From: Octopus sinensis
Lineage: Eukaryota
Assembly (NCBI RefSeq): GCF_006345805.1
Contig: NC_043019.1
Location: 16,925,360-16,989,359, forward strand
Direction: 5' to 3'
Length of the DNA: 64,000 nucleotides
Every line of letters begins with the position of its first letter. Position 1 is the stretch's first letter. A program made the position numbers and the translations under genes. The notes beneath the pieces were generated by a model. It made no database searches and had not been told where the DNA came from. It saw only the letters and a list, made by a program, of their open reading frames with translations. Positions 54,801-64,000 of this stretch are shown in pieces.

Positions 54801-54959
54801 AATAAATCTGATCATTAACCAATTTCATGGTAAAGCAGCGATGAACAAAATTTCTGAAGAGGAAAATTGTGATTCAGAAAGCGAGAAATTTGAATGACAC
54901 TTGTATTTTCTTTTTTTGGCGATTTACAATGGCAGTTTAACCAGTGTGTGCGCGCGTAT

Positions 54960-55037
<78 letters not shown>

Positions 55038-55811
55038 GCAAACACGTACATACACACACACTGTACGATGATGAAGAAGAGAGGTTTTCGTGTGAGGACA
55101 GGTCGCTTTTACCATATTACCGAAAACTGAAAGCGCGAGTAGTAACGTTCATTCATATCTTAAACATATTATTCGTGGTTGAATATTGAATAAAAATAAG
55201 GAGATTTCATAACTGCTTCTTAAAATTTGACCAGACATATTTTAGCGAAAGCAAAAATCCTTGAAATTATCTCTTGAGATCTTAATAGGAAAAAAAAGCG
55301 ATCACTTCGAAAGGTCGGCAGCAACAGACCTTTAATACACAATTGACATTTTTAGGATGGTTTAAGAAAATGTTACACCAAAATTCATTTGAAAGAATGC
55401 TGGTCCAATTACTAATAATAAAAAATAATTTGTTTCATATATAATACACCTTTAGGACACAATTCCGATCAAATAATGTGTGAATATGTCACTAATATTA
55501 GGTTTTTCTCCTCTTCTATTCTTGAAATGACATTGATTTCTATTCTTGGAATGCTATTAATTTTTATTTCCTTGCATATAATTTACAATCAGTTTGTGCT
55601 ATATGATGAGTTTTACTTTCGAGAATTGAAATAATTAATAATAATAATAATGAAAGAAGAAAGAGGAAGCTTTCTGTCTGAATCGAAACCGCTAAATTTT
55701 GTTTTGTATAAGTTTAGCTTCCGATAATATTATGAAGGCAAAAATCATAAATAGAAATATTTACCTCCGATCCTTTCTGTGTCCAGGAGATCTTCTTTTC
55801 GGTAGTGGCAT
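21318..55811 (-). CDS. RS/RG-rich nuclear protein with a Transformer/Feminizer CAM-like domain and BCLAF1/THRAP3-like motifs, 591 aa, 10 coding exons
   Basis: complement(join(21318..21397,21486..21696,22826..22887,24287..24343,29767..29828,32750..32914,37529..37609,39540..40232,49666..49983,55765..55811)) = 1776 nt open frame, all introns GT-AG with matching phases. Many RS/SP dipeptides and a C-terminal RG tract. Confidence 0.85.
21486..21696 (-). CDS. tra/BCLAF-like gene, exon 9 (RS/RG-rich)
   Basis: taatag|[14 protein letters not shown]...[27 protein letters not shown]|gtgagc, phase 0-1. Confidence 0.88.
21871..22269 (-). mobile_element. tRNA-derived SINE (family A) with 13-bp TSD
   Basis: TSD catgcagactatt at 21858-21870 and 22270-22282. 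Confidence 0.92.
22287..22718 (+). mobile_element. Second, diverged copy of the palindromic hammerhead-containing element
   Basis: Inverted arms carrying CTGATGAA-ggctg-gagagtacac-cagcc-GAAA (the minus copy at ~22337-22380 is the more intact). Same kind of 3' extension, with an imperfect 12-bp TSD agactattctag / agactaatttag. Confidence 0.78.
22826..22887 (-). CDS. tra/BCLAF-like gene, exon 8
   Basis: ctcctcag|[21 protein letters not shown]|gtgagt, phase 1-0; the other two frames are closed. Confidence 0.82.
23145..23547 (-). mobile_element. tRNA-derived SINE (family A), full length
   Basis: Near-identical to the copies at 21871 and 34505. Other diverged copies at ~37790-38290, 44870-45204, 50061-50435, 56717-56930, 6150-6370(+) and 9400-9615(+). 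Confidence 0.92.
24287..24343 (-). CDS. tra/BCLAF-like gene, exon 7
   Basis: catttcag|[19 protein letters not shown]|gtgagt, phase 1-1 (skippable in frame). Confidence 0.7.
25935..27711. mobile_element. Penelope-like element 3' remnant with long inverted pLTRs
   Basis: Inverted arms ~26063-26570 / 27235-27711. The spacer encodes GIY-YIG-type remnants (minus: [33 protein letters not shown]; plus: [16 protein letters not shown]). Each arm has a hammerhead-like motif (26126-26182 -, 27598-27636 +). Flanked by TA repeats. Confidence 0.8.
27734..28260. mobile_element. Palindromic PLE-type terminal insertion with hammerheads
   Basis: Inverted arms of ~217 bp (27734-27951 / 27974-28190) plus an extension, between TA repeats. 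Confidence 0.8.
28076..28162 (+). ncRNA. Hammerhead ribozyme with long stem II (mirror copy 27761-27851, minus strand)
   Basis: aattgg-CTGATGA-gagctcagcatc...gatgtagtac-GAAA-cgatcg-TA-ccaaatt, with palindromic ACGATCGT in stem III. Confidence 0.75.
29767..29828 (-). CDS. tra/BCLAF-like gene, exon 6
   Basis: ttatctctag|[21 protein letters not shown]|gtaaga, phase 2-1 (supplies the required phase change). Confidence 0.82.
30167..30382 (+). mobile_element. tRNA-derived SINE (family B)
   Basis: aaggcagcaagctggcagaatcgg...gagttcaaattcc...cttgtgccaaaatttgaaatc. Confidence 0.88.
32750..32914 (-). CDS. tra/BCLAF-like gene, exon 5
   Basis: tttatctaag|[12 protein letters not shown]...[21 protein letters not shown]|gtaagt, phase 2-2. 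Confidence 0.85.
34505..34892 (-). mobile_element. tRNA-derived SINE (family A), full length
   Basis: Same consensus as the copy at 23145-23547. Confidence 0.92.
37529..37609 (-). CDS. tra/BCLAF-like gene, exon 4
   Basis: ttttatag|[27 protein letters not shown]|gtaagt, phase 2-2. Confidence 0.82.
39158..39375 (+). mobile_element. TTAA-type (piggyBac-like) MITE, 3'-clipped
   Basis: Starts ttaa|cccttttgttacc. A related 3' end at ~3075-3228 finishes ggtaacaaaacgg|ttaa. Confidence 0.55.
39540..40232 (-). CDS. tra/BCLAF-like gene, exon 3 (CAM-like domain)
   Basis: tag|SPMWGSGS...SLTERF...ITIGIHRN...[25 protein letters not shown]...YYYD|gtcagt, phase 2-2. Confidence 0.92.
41098..42017 (-). mobile_element. 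Decayed mariner (DD34D-type) transposon
   Basis: TIRs ttggggttggccaaa / tttggccaacccaa flanked by TA. Minus-strand remnant [20 protein letters not shown] matches the YSPDLAPSD motif. Confidence 0.82.
42409..43220 (-). mobile_element. Decayed Tc1-related transposase, DD37E (TRT-like)
   Basis: MHDNTLSH...[15 protein letters not shown] has 37 residues between D and E. Upstream fragment [15 protein letters not shown]. Confidence 0.8.
43385..44583 (+). mobile_element. Composite repeat: tRNA-SINE head, pyrimidine-rich insert with ~60-bp tandem repeats, RTE-type tail
   Basis: Head gcaggcatggctgtgtggttgag at 43385; repeated ctcactgtatcattgctatctgc..ttccaccca at ~43690-43862; tail ending gttaaatgatgatgat. 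Confidence 0.6.
45288..46155 (+). mobile_element. Penelope-like element 3' fragment (GIY-YIG C-terminus, 3' region, degenerate hammerhead at 45949-45993)
   Basis: [10 protein letters not shown]...[11 protein letters not shown]...[19 protein letters not shown], followed downstream by ggacca-CTGATGC-g-gtcaca-ggag-tgtgac-GAAA-gaac-TC-tggcc. Confidence 0.78.
46158..48815. repeat. ~2.65-kb compound (TA)n/TACA microsatellite with a higher-order unit
   Basis: Recurrent tacatatatatacatgtatatatatacatctatatatatata. All YI/IY ORFs here are artefacts. Confidence 0.97.
49020..49265 (-). mobile_element. Helitron-like 5' end
   Basis: Minus strand reads A|TCTATATATATAAAACTGAGAATGTGTGTCTGTCTGTCTG (TC start plus GTCT microsatellite). 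Confidence 0.55.
49666..49983 (-). CDS. tra/BCLAF-like gene, exon 2 (RS/H-rich)
   Basis: ttttcag|RDRSPPPSK...RHSRSPISH...[15 protein letters not shown]|gtaag, phase 2-2. Confidence 0.88.
51945..53185 (-). mobile_element. Rearranged RTE LINE fragment (RT pieces and 3' tail)
   Basis: [18 protein letters not shown]...[15 protein letters not shown]...FVDMEKAF, the same family as 59306-61313. Confidence 0.9.
55765..55811 (-). CDS. tra/BCLAF-like gene, coding exon 1
   Basis: aag[18 protein letters not shown](AG)|gtaaat, in a CpG-rich 5' region. Confidence 0.8.
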
Positions 55812-55910
55812 CTTGAATTAATTTTCACCGTTAGAACTGTTGTACCTTTAATGAAGACTGATTCAGACGTCGAGACGGTCGACGGTCGCCATATTGATTG
55901 AAGGTTAGGC
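55812..55910 (-). promoter_or_regulatory. Putative TSS/5'UTR of the tra/BCLAF-like gene, with YY1-like motif and a short uORF
   Basis: CpG-rich. aatATGGCGac (55885-55895) is YY1-like and opens the uORF MATVDRLDV* (55863-55892). Confidence 0.55.
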
Positions 55911-56183
55911 AAGGAAAGAGAAATCTATGGAAGAGCAGAAATACTACAATTAATTTAGAGATTGAGAAATGTAAAAAAAAAAAGTGTTAGGAAAGACCAA
56001 TGAAGGAAAGGAGATAGTTTAATAATCACTAATAACAACTAATATGTCGCGGATCATTCAAAAGTAAATTACAAAATAAGTAACGTTTCCCCCCTTTTTT
56101 TCTGGATTTCCTGTATATTCTCCGGTAGTTTCGTATCAAAAATTTCCTCATCTATCCAATAAGCTATACGCAGACATCTAATG

Positions 56184-56226
<43 letters not shown>

Positions 56227-57431
56227 GTGTTAACCTGAAAGTATGTCTTCAGTATTTTCCCTTTCAAGAGGTTTCCTCTCACAGTTTTTATTTTCAACAA
56301 AATCACTTGAATTTTATATGTTTTCTATTTTATAGTTTCCTTTGTATACACCATTTGGAATTTGCCGTAGTTTCGTACGATCGCCATAACTACCAATGTG
56401 GAGTCCAACCCGCCGCCGCCACCGCCGCACTCTATTACAGAGTTACGTCCCGTTTCACTTTACTTAGAAATAGGGAGTGATAAGAATTTTCCTTAAAGGA
56501 TAAATTGAAAGTGGCCGAAATTTAGACAGACATATATACTTCGCACATTACGCATACGATCAGTAAACGGAACAATAAAACTGCAAGGCTTTTCTTAAGT
56601 TCAGAATTTGAATTTGTTTTCCAGCAATGGAACTTTGTATCTTTGGTAGAAACCAGTTCCTTCTTCACAGTAAGATTTCAAATATTTAAAAATAGCGGAC
56701 AGCATGCATACATATGTCTTTTACTTGTTTCAATCATTAGACTGCGGCCATGCTGAGGCACCGCCTTGAAGAATTTTTAGTCCAATGAATCGACCCCACG
56801 ACTAATTTTTTTAAAGCCTGGTACTTATTCTATCGGTTTCTTTTGTCAAGCCTCTAGTTACGAGGACGTAAACACACCACCACCGGTTGTCAAGTAGTGG
56901 GTCAAACACTGACTCAAAGACACACACAGATATATATATACACTACATGAGTTGTCTAAGAGACCATAAATGCGGGAGAAGATGCACTCGTATAGCTGTT
57001 AGTAAAGTGGGTATATTGTCTGAATTTTATAGTGTTAATTATTGATCAGGGTTATGCAAAATGCATTGATTAGATTAGCTATGATGGATAATTAACACTA
57101 TAAAATCCAGAAAATGTATATATAAAAATAAATAAATATATATATGTATATTTTGTATAGGATACAAAGAACATGTGACAAAGCAAACAGGGCGAACACG
57201 TGGTATAAAACCGACAAATATCAAGGAGTGATGTTTGTAGAGGCCACAGCCCATGGAGAACTAGCCCGTAGATTTAGAAAAGCTCTGAAGGAGACCAAAC
57301 TCAACATTAAGATTGTTGAAAAGCCAGGGAACTCTGTCAGATCACAACTATGTAGGACATACCCCTTTGAGAATACCATATGCACCAATGATAACTGCAT
57401 GGTATGTAGGATTAGCTCAGGCATTAACTGT

Positions 57432-58269
57432 CATCATCATCATCATCGTCGTTTAACGTCCGTTCTCCATGCTAGCATGGGTTGGACGGTTCGACCGGGG
57501 TTCTGGGAAGCCAGAAGGCTGCACCAGGCTCCAGTCTAATTTGGCAATGTTTCTACAGCTGGATGCCCTTCCTAACGCCAACCACTCCGTGAGTGTAGTG
57601 GGTGCTTTTTACGTGCCACCTGCACAGGTGCCAGGCGGGGCTGGCAACGGCCACGGTCAGATTGGTGTATTTTATGTGCCACCGGCACGGAAGCCAGTCG
57701 AGGCGGTGCTGGCATCGGCCACGAGTCGGATAGTGCTTTTTACGTACCACCAGACCAGGGATCCTGGCTGGTTCAATTCGATTTCGATTTCGCTTGCCCC
57801 AACATGTCTTCACAAGCAAAGGGGGTTGGCAAGGGTGCCTGTCGTACGGTCGCATTGGAGTATTTTACGTGCCACGGCCACGAGTCGGATAGTGCTTTAC
57901 GTACCACCAGACCAGGGATACTGGCTGGTTCAATTCGATTTCGATTTCCCCAACATGTCTTCACAAGCAAAGGGGGTTGGCAAGGGTGCCTGTCGTACGG
58001 TCGCATTGGAGTATTTTACGTGCCACGGCCACGAGTCGGATAGTGCTTTACGTACCACCAGACCAGGGATCCTGGCTGGTTCAATTCGATTTCGATTTCG
58101 CTTGCCCCAACATGTCTTCACAAGCAAAGGGGGTTGGCATGGGTGCCTGTCGTACGGTCGCATTGGAGTATTTTACATGCCACGGCCCCGAGTCGGATAG
58201 TGCTTTTTACGTACCACCAGGCCAGGGATCCTGGCTGGTTCAATTCGGTTTCGATTTCGATTTCGATTT
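57432..58269 (-). mobile_element. 5'-truncated RTE 3' tail with ~155-bp tandem repeats (x ~3.5)
   Basis: Unit starts at 57717, 57876, 58027 and 58184. (ATG)n tail at 57432; ctgt is duplicated at both junctions. Confidence 0.88.
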
Positions 58270-59150
58270 CTGTAGAACTCAAAATGTAGTTTACAGTATA
58301 AGATGCATAGAAGGTACTTGTAAAGACATGAACATGATGTACATAGGGGAGACATCTAGGAGCATTGTGGAAAGACTAAATGAACATCTGAGACAATATG
58401 ACAAAAAACAGTCCTCCCTACTCTACCAACATGCCAAAGACCACCTGGAGGCAACTTGGGTCAACTTGACATCTGCATCTTATCCAAGCACCCAAAAGAC
58501 AAACACTCAGACAAATACGGGAGTACGTCCTTATAAATGAAACTTTCCCAATACTAAATAGGAAATATACATAGTAGATATCATACCCACAGTTTACACA
58601 GGTAGAATAGAATAGTTAGTGGGCTGTTATGTAGATAGATGTATGTATGTGTGTGTGGGTATGTATGTGTATATGCACATGTATGTAAGCATATGGATAT
58701 GAAAAAAAACAGACGGACAGGTACACAGGTTATATGAACAGACAAGCACACATACGCAAATGGAGACCGAACTACAAGACCATATATATATACACACGCA
58801 CATTTTACTTCACACAAGAACACATATGATGACATGTGTCCACACATATGGAGATGCACTTCCATACATACAAACATGGTACATAGTTGCATAACACATA
58901 CACACAGACATGCACACACAAGGAGACAGAGGTGCATACATATACAAACACACACATACATACATAAACACAGACATGCAAGCACATGAATATGCAGGAT
59001 ACATACATACAGATGCACACACATACATACATATATACATATGCATACACACATACATACACGCATGCATAGGCACACACACACAGACCCACACACATGC
59101 ACACAAACAAACAAAAAGGAACGCAGTGTAAATAACGGACAGAGTCAAGA

Positions 59151-59187
59151 CTATTGAAAAGGTTGCAAGACGCAACGAAAATTTTAG
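59151..59187 (+). ncRNA. Minimal hammerhead ribozyme, U3-A8 variant
   Basis: cta-TTGAAAA-g-gttgc-aagac-gcaac-GAAA-at-TT-tag, downstream of the PLE GIY-YIG ORF. Confidence 0.6.
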
Positions 59188-59305
59188 GAAAATAAGAAAT
59201 CAGTGGAAATTTTACTGGTGAGTGTGTTAAATTATAAGGCACAAAAAGAAAATGACTCTCCCCAGACACAACAATATATATGTATGTATATATATATATA
59301 TATAT

Positions 59306-61313
59306 ACTAGAAATAATTACAGGGTATCAAGCTGTTGGATCAGGTAATGAAGGTTACGGAGAGTGTCATAGCCCAACTGATAAGGGAGAGAGTCAACTTG
59401 GACGAGATGCAGTTTGGTTTCGTGCCAGGGAAAAGCACCACTGATGCCATATTTCTGGTGAGACAGCTGCAGGAGAAATACCTAGCCAAAGATAAGCCCC
59501 TGTACCTGGCTTTCGTTGACATGGAGAAAGCTTTTGACAAGGTCCCCCGATCCCTTATCTGGTGGTCAGTGAGGAAACTAGGGATAGATGAATGGCTGGT
59601 GAGAGCTGTACAAGCCATGTACAGGGATGCTGTCAGTAAGGTGAGGGTTGGCAACGTGTACACTGAAGAATTCAAGGTAGAGGTTGGGGTCCACCAGGGT
59701 TCAGTCCTCAGCCCCCTCCTATTTATCATAGTCCTCCAGGCAATTACAGAGGAATTCAAGACAGGATGCCCCTGGGAGCTCCTCTATGCTGACGACCTTG
59801 CTCTAATTGCTGAGTCACTATCAGAACTGGAGGGGAAGTTTCAGGTGTGGAAGGAGGGATTAGAATCGAGGGGCCTTAGAGTCAACCTAGCTAAAACCAA
59901 AGTACTAATAAGTAGGAAGGTAGACAAACCACAAATGCCTTGAGGTAGATGGCCCTGCTCGATCTGTAGAAAAGGCGTAGGTAGAAACTCTATAAGATGT
60001 ACCCAGTGTAAGCTATAGACACATAAGAGGTGCCGCAATGTCAAAAGAAGGCTAACTGGGAAGATAGTTTTTGTATGTGGCAGATGCTCAGGAGCAATAA
60101 ACTCTGAAAATCTGCAGAAAACAACTTCCATCACTTTCCAGGGGGAAAAACTACAAGTAGTTGATAGCTTCCGTTATCTAGGTGACCAAGTCAGTAGTGG
60201 GGGTGGGTGTGCTGAAAGTGTAACTGCTAGAGTAAGAATAGCCTGGGCAAAGTTCAGGGAGCTCTTACCTCTGCTGGTGACTAAAGGCCTCTCGCTCAGA
60301 GTAAAAGGCAGACTGTATGATGCATGTGTACGAACAGCCATGCTACATGGCAGTGAAACATGGGCCATGACTGCTGAGGACATGCGTAAGCTCGCGAGGA
60401 ATGAAGCCAGTATGCTCAGATGGATGTGTAATGTCAGTGTGCATACTCGACAGAGCGGAAGTACCTTGAGAGAAATGTTGGACCTAAGAAGCATCAGATG
60501 TGGTGTGCAAGAGAGACAACTGCACTCGTATGGTCATGTGGCGAAAATGGATGTGGATAGCTGTGTGAAAATGTGCCACACCCTAGTGGTTGAGGGGAAC
60601 CTGTGGAAGAGGTAGACCTAGGAAGACCTGGGATGAAGTGGTGAAGCACAACCTTTAAACATTAGGCCTCACCGAGGCAATGACTAGTGACCGAGACCTT
60701 TGGAAATATGCTGTGCTTGAGAAAACCCGGCAAGCCAAGTGAGACCATAACCTCGTGGCCTATGCCAGGGGTGTAACCAGCCCACTTATGCTTACCTTTC
60801 CTTCATTGGACACTAAACTCTGCTTGCGAAGATCTGTTGAGGCAAGTGAAATTGAAATCAAATTTGATGACTTGTATCCATGCTAGTGGAGCACTAAAAG
60901 CACCATCCGAGTGTGATCATTTCCAGAGCAGCCAACTGGCTACCATGCCATTGGTATGTAAAAAGCACCATTCGAGCGTGATCATTACCAGCGTCACCTT
61001 ACTGGCACGTGGAAAAACTTTTGAGTGAGGTCATTGCCAGTACTGCTGGACTGGCTCCTGTGCAGGTGGCATGTAAAAAACACCATTTGAGCATGGCTGT
61101 TGCCAGTTCCACCTGACTGGCCCTCGTGACGGTGTCATGTAAAAGCACCCACTACACTCTCAAAGTGGTTGGTGTTAGGAAGGGCATCCAGCTGTAGAAA
61201 CTCTGCCAGATCAAGATTGGAGACTGGTGCAGCCATCTGGTTCACCAGTTCTCAGTCAAATCATCCAACCCATGCCAGCATGGAAAGTGGATAGTAAACG
61301 ATGATGATGACGA
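59306..61313 (+). mobile_element. 5'-truncated RTE-clade LINE (RT, PHD-like finger, 3'UTR, (ATG)n tail), inactivated
   Basis: GVHQGSVLSPLLF, LLYADDLAL and FRYLG motifs; premature stop at 59941; inserted in a TA/TATG microsatellite. Confidence 0.95.
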
Positions 61314-62879
61314 TATATATATGTATGTATGAATGTATGTATATGTATATAGAGTTGAAATTTATGGGAAAACAAGATAGGTGAGGGAACAACAAGAAAG
61401 TGTGTTAGTTTGGTGCTTGGGAAGAATGGGAAAGCCTTTTATGTTTCGGGCCTATGCTCTTTGACAGAAAGGGATAAGAGAAAATAAACAGAGAGACAAT
61501 GAAAAAAATTGTAGATTTCAGCATTAGTTTAAGAGGTTTCACTCAAGTGAATTTATAGTAAAAAAAAAACAATAGCTTGTATCATGAGATAGTGAGTTCG
61601 ATTCTTGGACCGGGCTGTGTGTTGTGTTCTTGAGCAAGACATTTTATTTCTTGTTGCTCCAGTTCACTCAGCTGTAGAAATGAGTTGTGACATCACTTGT
61701 TCCAAGCTGTATTAACCTTTGCCTTTCCCTTGGATAACATTGGTAGCATGGAGAAGAGAGGCTGGCATGTATGGGCGACTGCCTATGGACAAAAGAAAGT
61801 ATTTACATTTTTATAAAAGAATATGCTACTGGGTTCAGTCGTTTTAAAAGATGGTTGAATCATGCTGAAAGAGAAAGGAAAATAAATTGGAAAAAAATCA
61901 AATTAAATTAATTTTACATGGCATCAGTTGTGGAAGTTCACATATCCTCATATTGCAGAAATCACATGATGCTGGCTGTTGGTTTCCTTCTGATGACTGC
62001 TGGGTCATTTCAGTGACAGTCTCATTATGTGCGTAACTTAAAATTTCTGTGGTTGTGACTTTATAGCATGGAAGAAATGAAACTGCAAGGGAATGTCACA
62101 GTTGGTTTTAGTTCCCCAGAAGTTAGTGACCATTGAGGCATCACAAACAGTTCAAAACACTGAGAGGTTGAGTGAATAAAGTTATGCATTCAGGAGTAAC
62201 TGTCCAGACCTGATATATGGCTCTACTAACCTGAAGCTAGATGGAATTTCAAACCATCTGCACAGGTATTTGTCCTCCCATTTCTCAGCTTCTTCCACAA
62301 ATATTTGTCAGTGGCATTTTATAGATCAGCAACAGCCATATGTATATTGGCAGGGGCCCATGTTCGAAGATCCCTACCTGAACCTGTTTGGAAAGCTTGA
62401 TTCTTGTAGCTTTTCCAGCCAGCCTTCTGCTTGTTTCTGCATCCTTGAGACACTACCTCAGTCAGTAAGGAAGGCTTTGTATCACTTACTTAAACATTTT
62501 AGTTTTTAAAGGGTAAAGACTCCCTTTGGTCAGGAATAACCACAGGATTGCTCCTAGAAAGTTCTCCTCCAAAGCATAAGTCCAGGCAAGGTTGTTTATG
62601 GAAGACCAGCAGTCGCCCATACATGCCAGCCTCTCCTCTCCATGCTACCAATGTTATCCAAGGGAAAGGCAAAGGGGCCGATACAGCTTGGAACAAGTGA
62701 TGTCACAACTCATTTCTACAGCTGAGTGAACTGGAGTAACGTTAAATAAAATGTCTTACTCAAGAACACAACACACAGCCCGGTCTAAGAATCGAACTCA
62801 CTATCTCATGATTGTGAGCTTGATGTTCTAAACACTGAGCCATGCACTTTTGTAAACATTTTATTCAGCACACCTTAAT

Positions 62880-64000
62880 ATGACCTCCTCTTGAACATGG
62901 AACCGGAACTTGCTTGTCACATTTTCACTCCTAATTACAAAGCTTCTTGACGTCCTTGATTTGCATTTCATTGTGGTTTGTACATGGCTTGAAAACGTTA
63001 TGCTTAGATCGCCCATGAAGCCTGGCAGATCCAAATTACTTTATCGGGCCCCTGCATTCCTTCCTTGCTGATGTTATGAGCAGATTAACGCCCATGACAA
63101 ACAAGGTTGGTGAAATTGTACAACCAACTATGATGCCCTTTTCTGGGTCATACCAAAGATTTGTGAACCAGGCAGTTTTGAACCTCAGATGGTCTTCCAT
63201 AGCTGCATTGATGAGGTCGTATGAAACTAAGCCTTACATATTAGCCAAGTCAATACAGACTACTGTTGGAATGCCTTTTCTTTTCTTGTCGGATCAGTTA
63301 GTTAAAGATACCTAAGTACTCCAATTACCCAAAGAACTCTAACATGCCATCTTCTGGGTTGATTCATCAATATATTTGTTCTTCAACATGGAAGTCATCA
63401 TCGTTTTGGCTGGGACACTCAGAGGAGAGACACAGTTGACCAGAACTGGCTAATCTCAGAGGAATTTGTTTCTTTTTGTATGAAACAACCCTCAGCTCTT
63501 TCCTCGGTTGATGGGATGCTGTATTTTGACCATACTGTCCCTAAAAGTTTCCTTAGTCTGCAGAAGTGATCTTCTCTTGTATCTTGGTCCTGGAGCAGAA
63601 GCTGATCGAACTTTCAGCACAACCTCTCTTTCCTTCTTTCCTTGCTGATTCCCTAATACCAAGCTTCTCATTCTAATGACCTTCAGTTTGCACTCAACTC
63701 ATGTCTCCAAAAACTGACATTGTGGCTTTCTTTAAGGAATTCTTCCTCATCTCTTTTAGGGCTGATCTGTCTCCCAGATGTTGTTTCTTGCAGTAGTTTT
63801 GGTAAACTTGTATGGTGAACTTATATGGGCCCTTTATAAACTGAGCTCACTTATCTTCCTTCTGCCTAGGTTTTCGAGACCTTTCAGCTCATTTCAGACT
63901 GCACAGCTTCTCCCTTCTAGTCAAGTCTTTTATGCCTTCTTTTTCCTCAACACTTTAAGATATAACTTCAGAATTTTTAATTGCTCTCTCTCTTCATATG
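62880..64000 (-). mobile_element. Degenerate LINE (CR1/L2-like) RT remnant
   Basis: Broken minus-strand RT-like motifs (AVVCIDLA, YDLIN); no intact ORF. Confidence 0.45.

Larger units (their letters stand above)
57157..59270 (+). mobile_element. Penelope-like element 3' part (linker, Cys-rich region, GIY-YIG) interrupted by an RTE-tail insertion
   Basis: VMFVEATAHGELA...KIVEKPG...C..C..C..NC|RTQNVVYSIRC...YIGETSRSIVERLNEH, with a downstream hammerhead at 59151-59187. Confidence 0.85.

Noticed and set aside
55892-55904. CCTTCAATCAATA, 11/13 match to the Tra/Tra2 13-mer on the sense strand
   Set aside because: Single copy at the presumed TSS, far from the regulated exons; likely chance.

Overview
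This is AT-rich, microsatellite- and SINE-dense eukaryotic DNA. The repeat families look like those of an octopus (inferred by pattern recognition). I rebuilt two multi-exon minus-strand genes by hand, with GT-AG sites and consistent phases. (1) A fukutin (FKTN) orthologue: 7 coding exons, 12188-3571, 428 aa. (2) An RS/RG-rich nuclear protein gene: 10 coding exons, 55811-21318, 591 aa. Its exon 3 carries a motif closely resembling the CAM domain of insect Transformer/Feminizer, other exons carry BCLAF1/THRAP3-like motifs, and intron 5 holds several candidate alternative exons, two with premature stops. The introns contain many tRNA-derived SINEs, RTE/CR1 LINE pieces, Helitron, hAT and three Tc1/mariner-family remnants. 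They also contain Penelope-like (PLE) remnants and palindromic insertions carrying minimal hammerhead ribozymes with covarying cores (C3-G8, G3-C8, U3-A8). One of these looks like a tRNA-headed, ribozyme-tailed non-autonomous element. Homology calls rest on recalled motifs; no database search was run.
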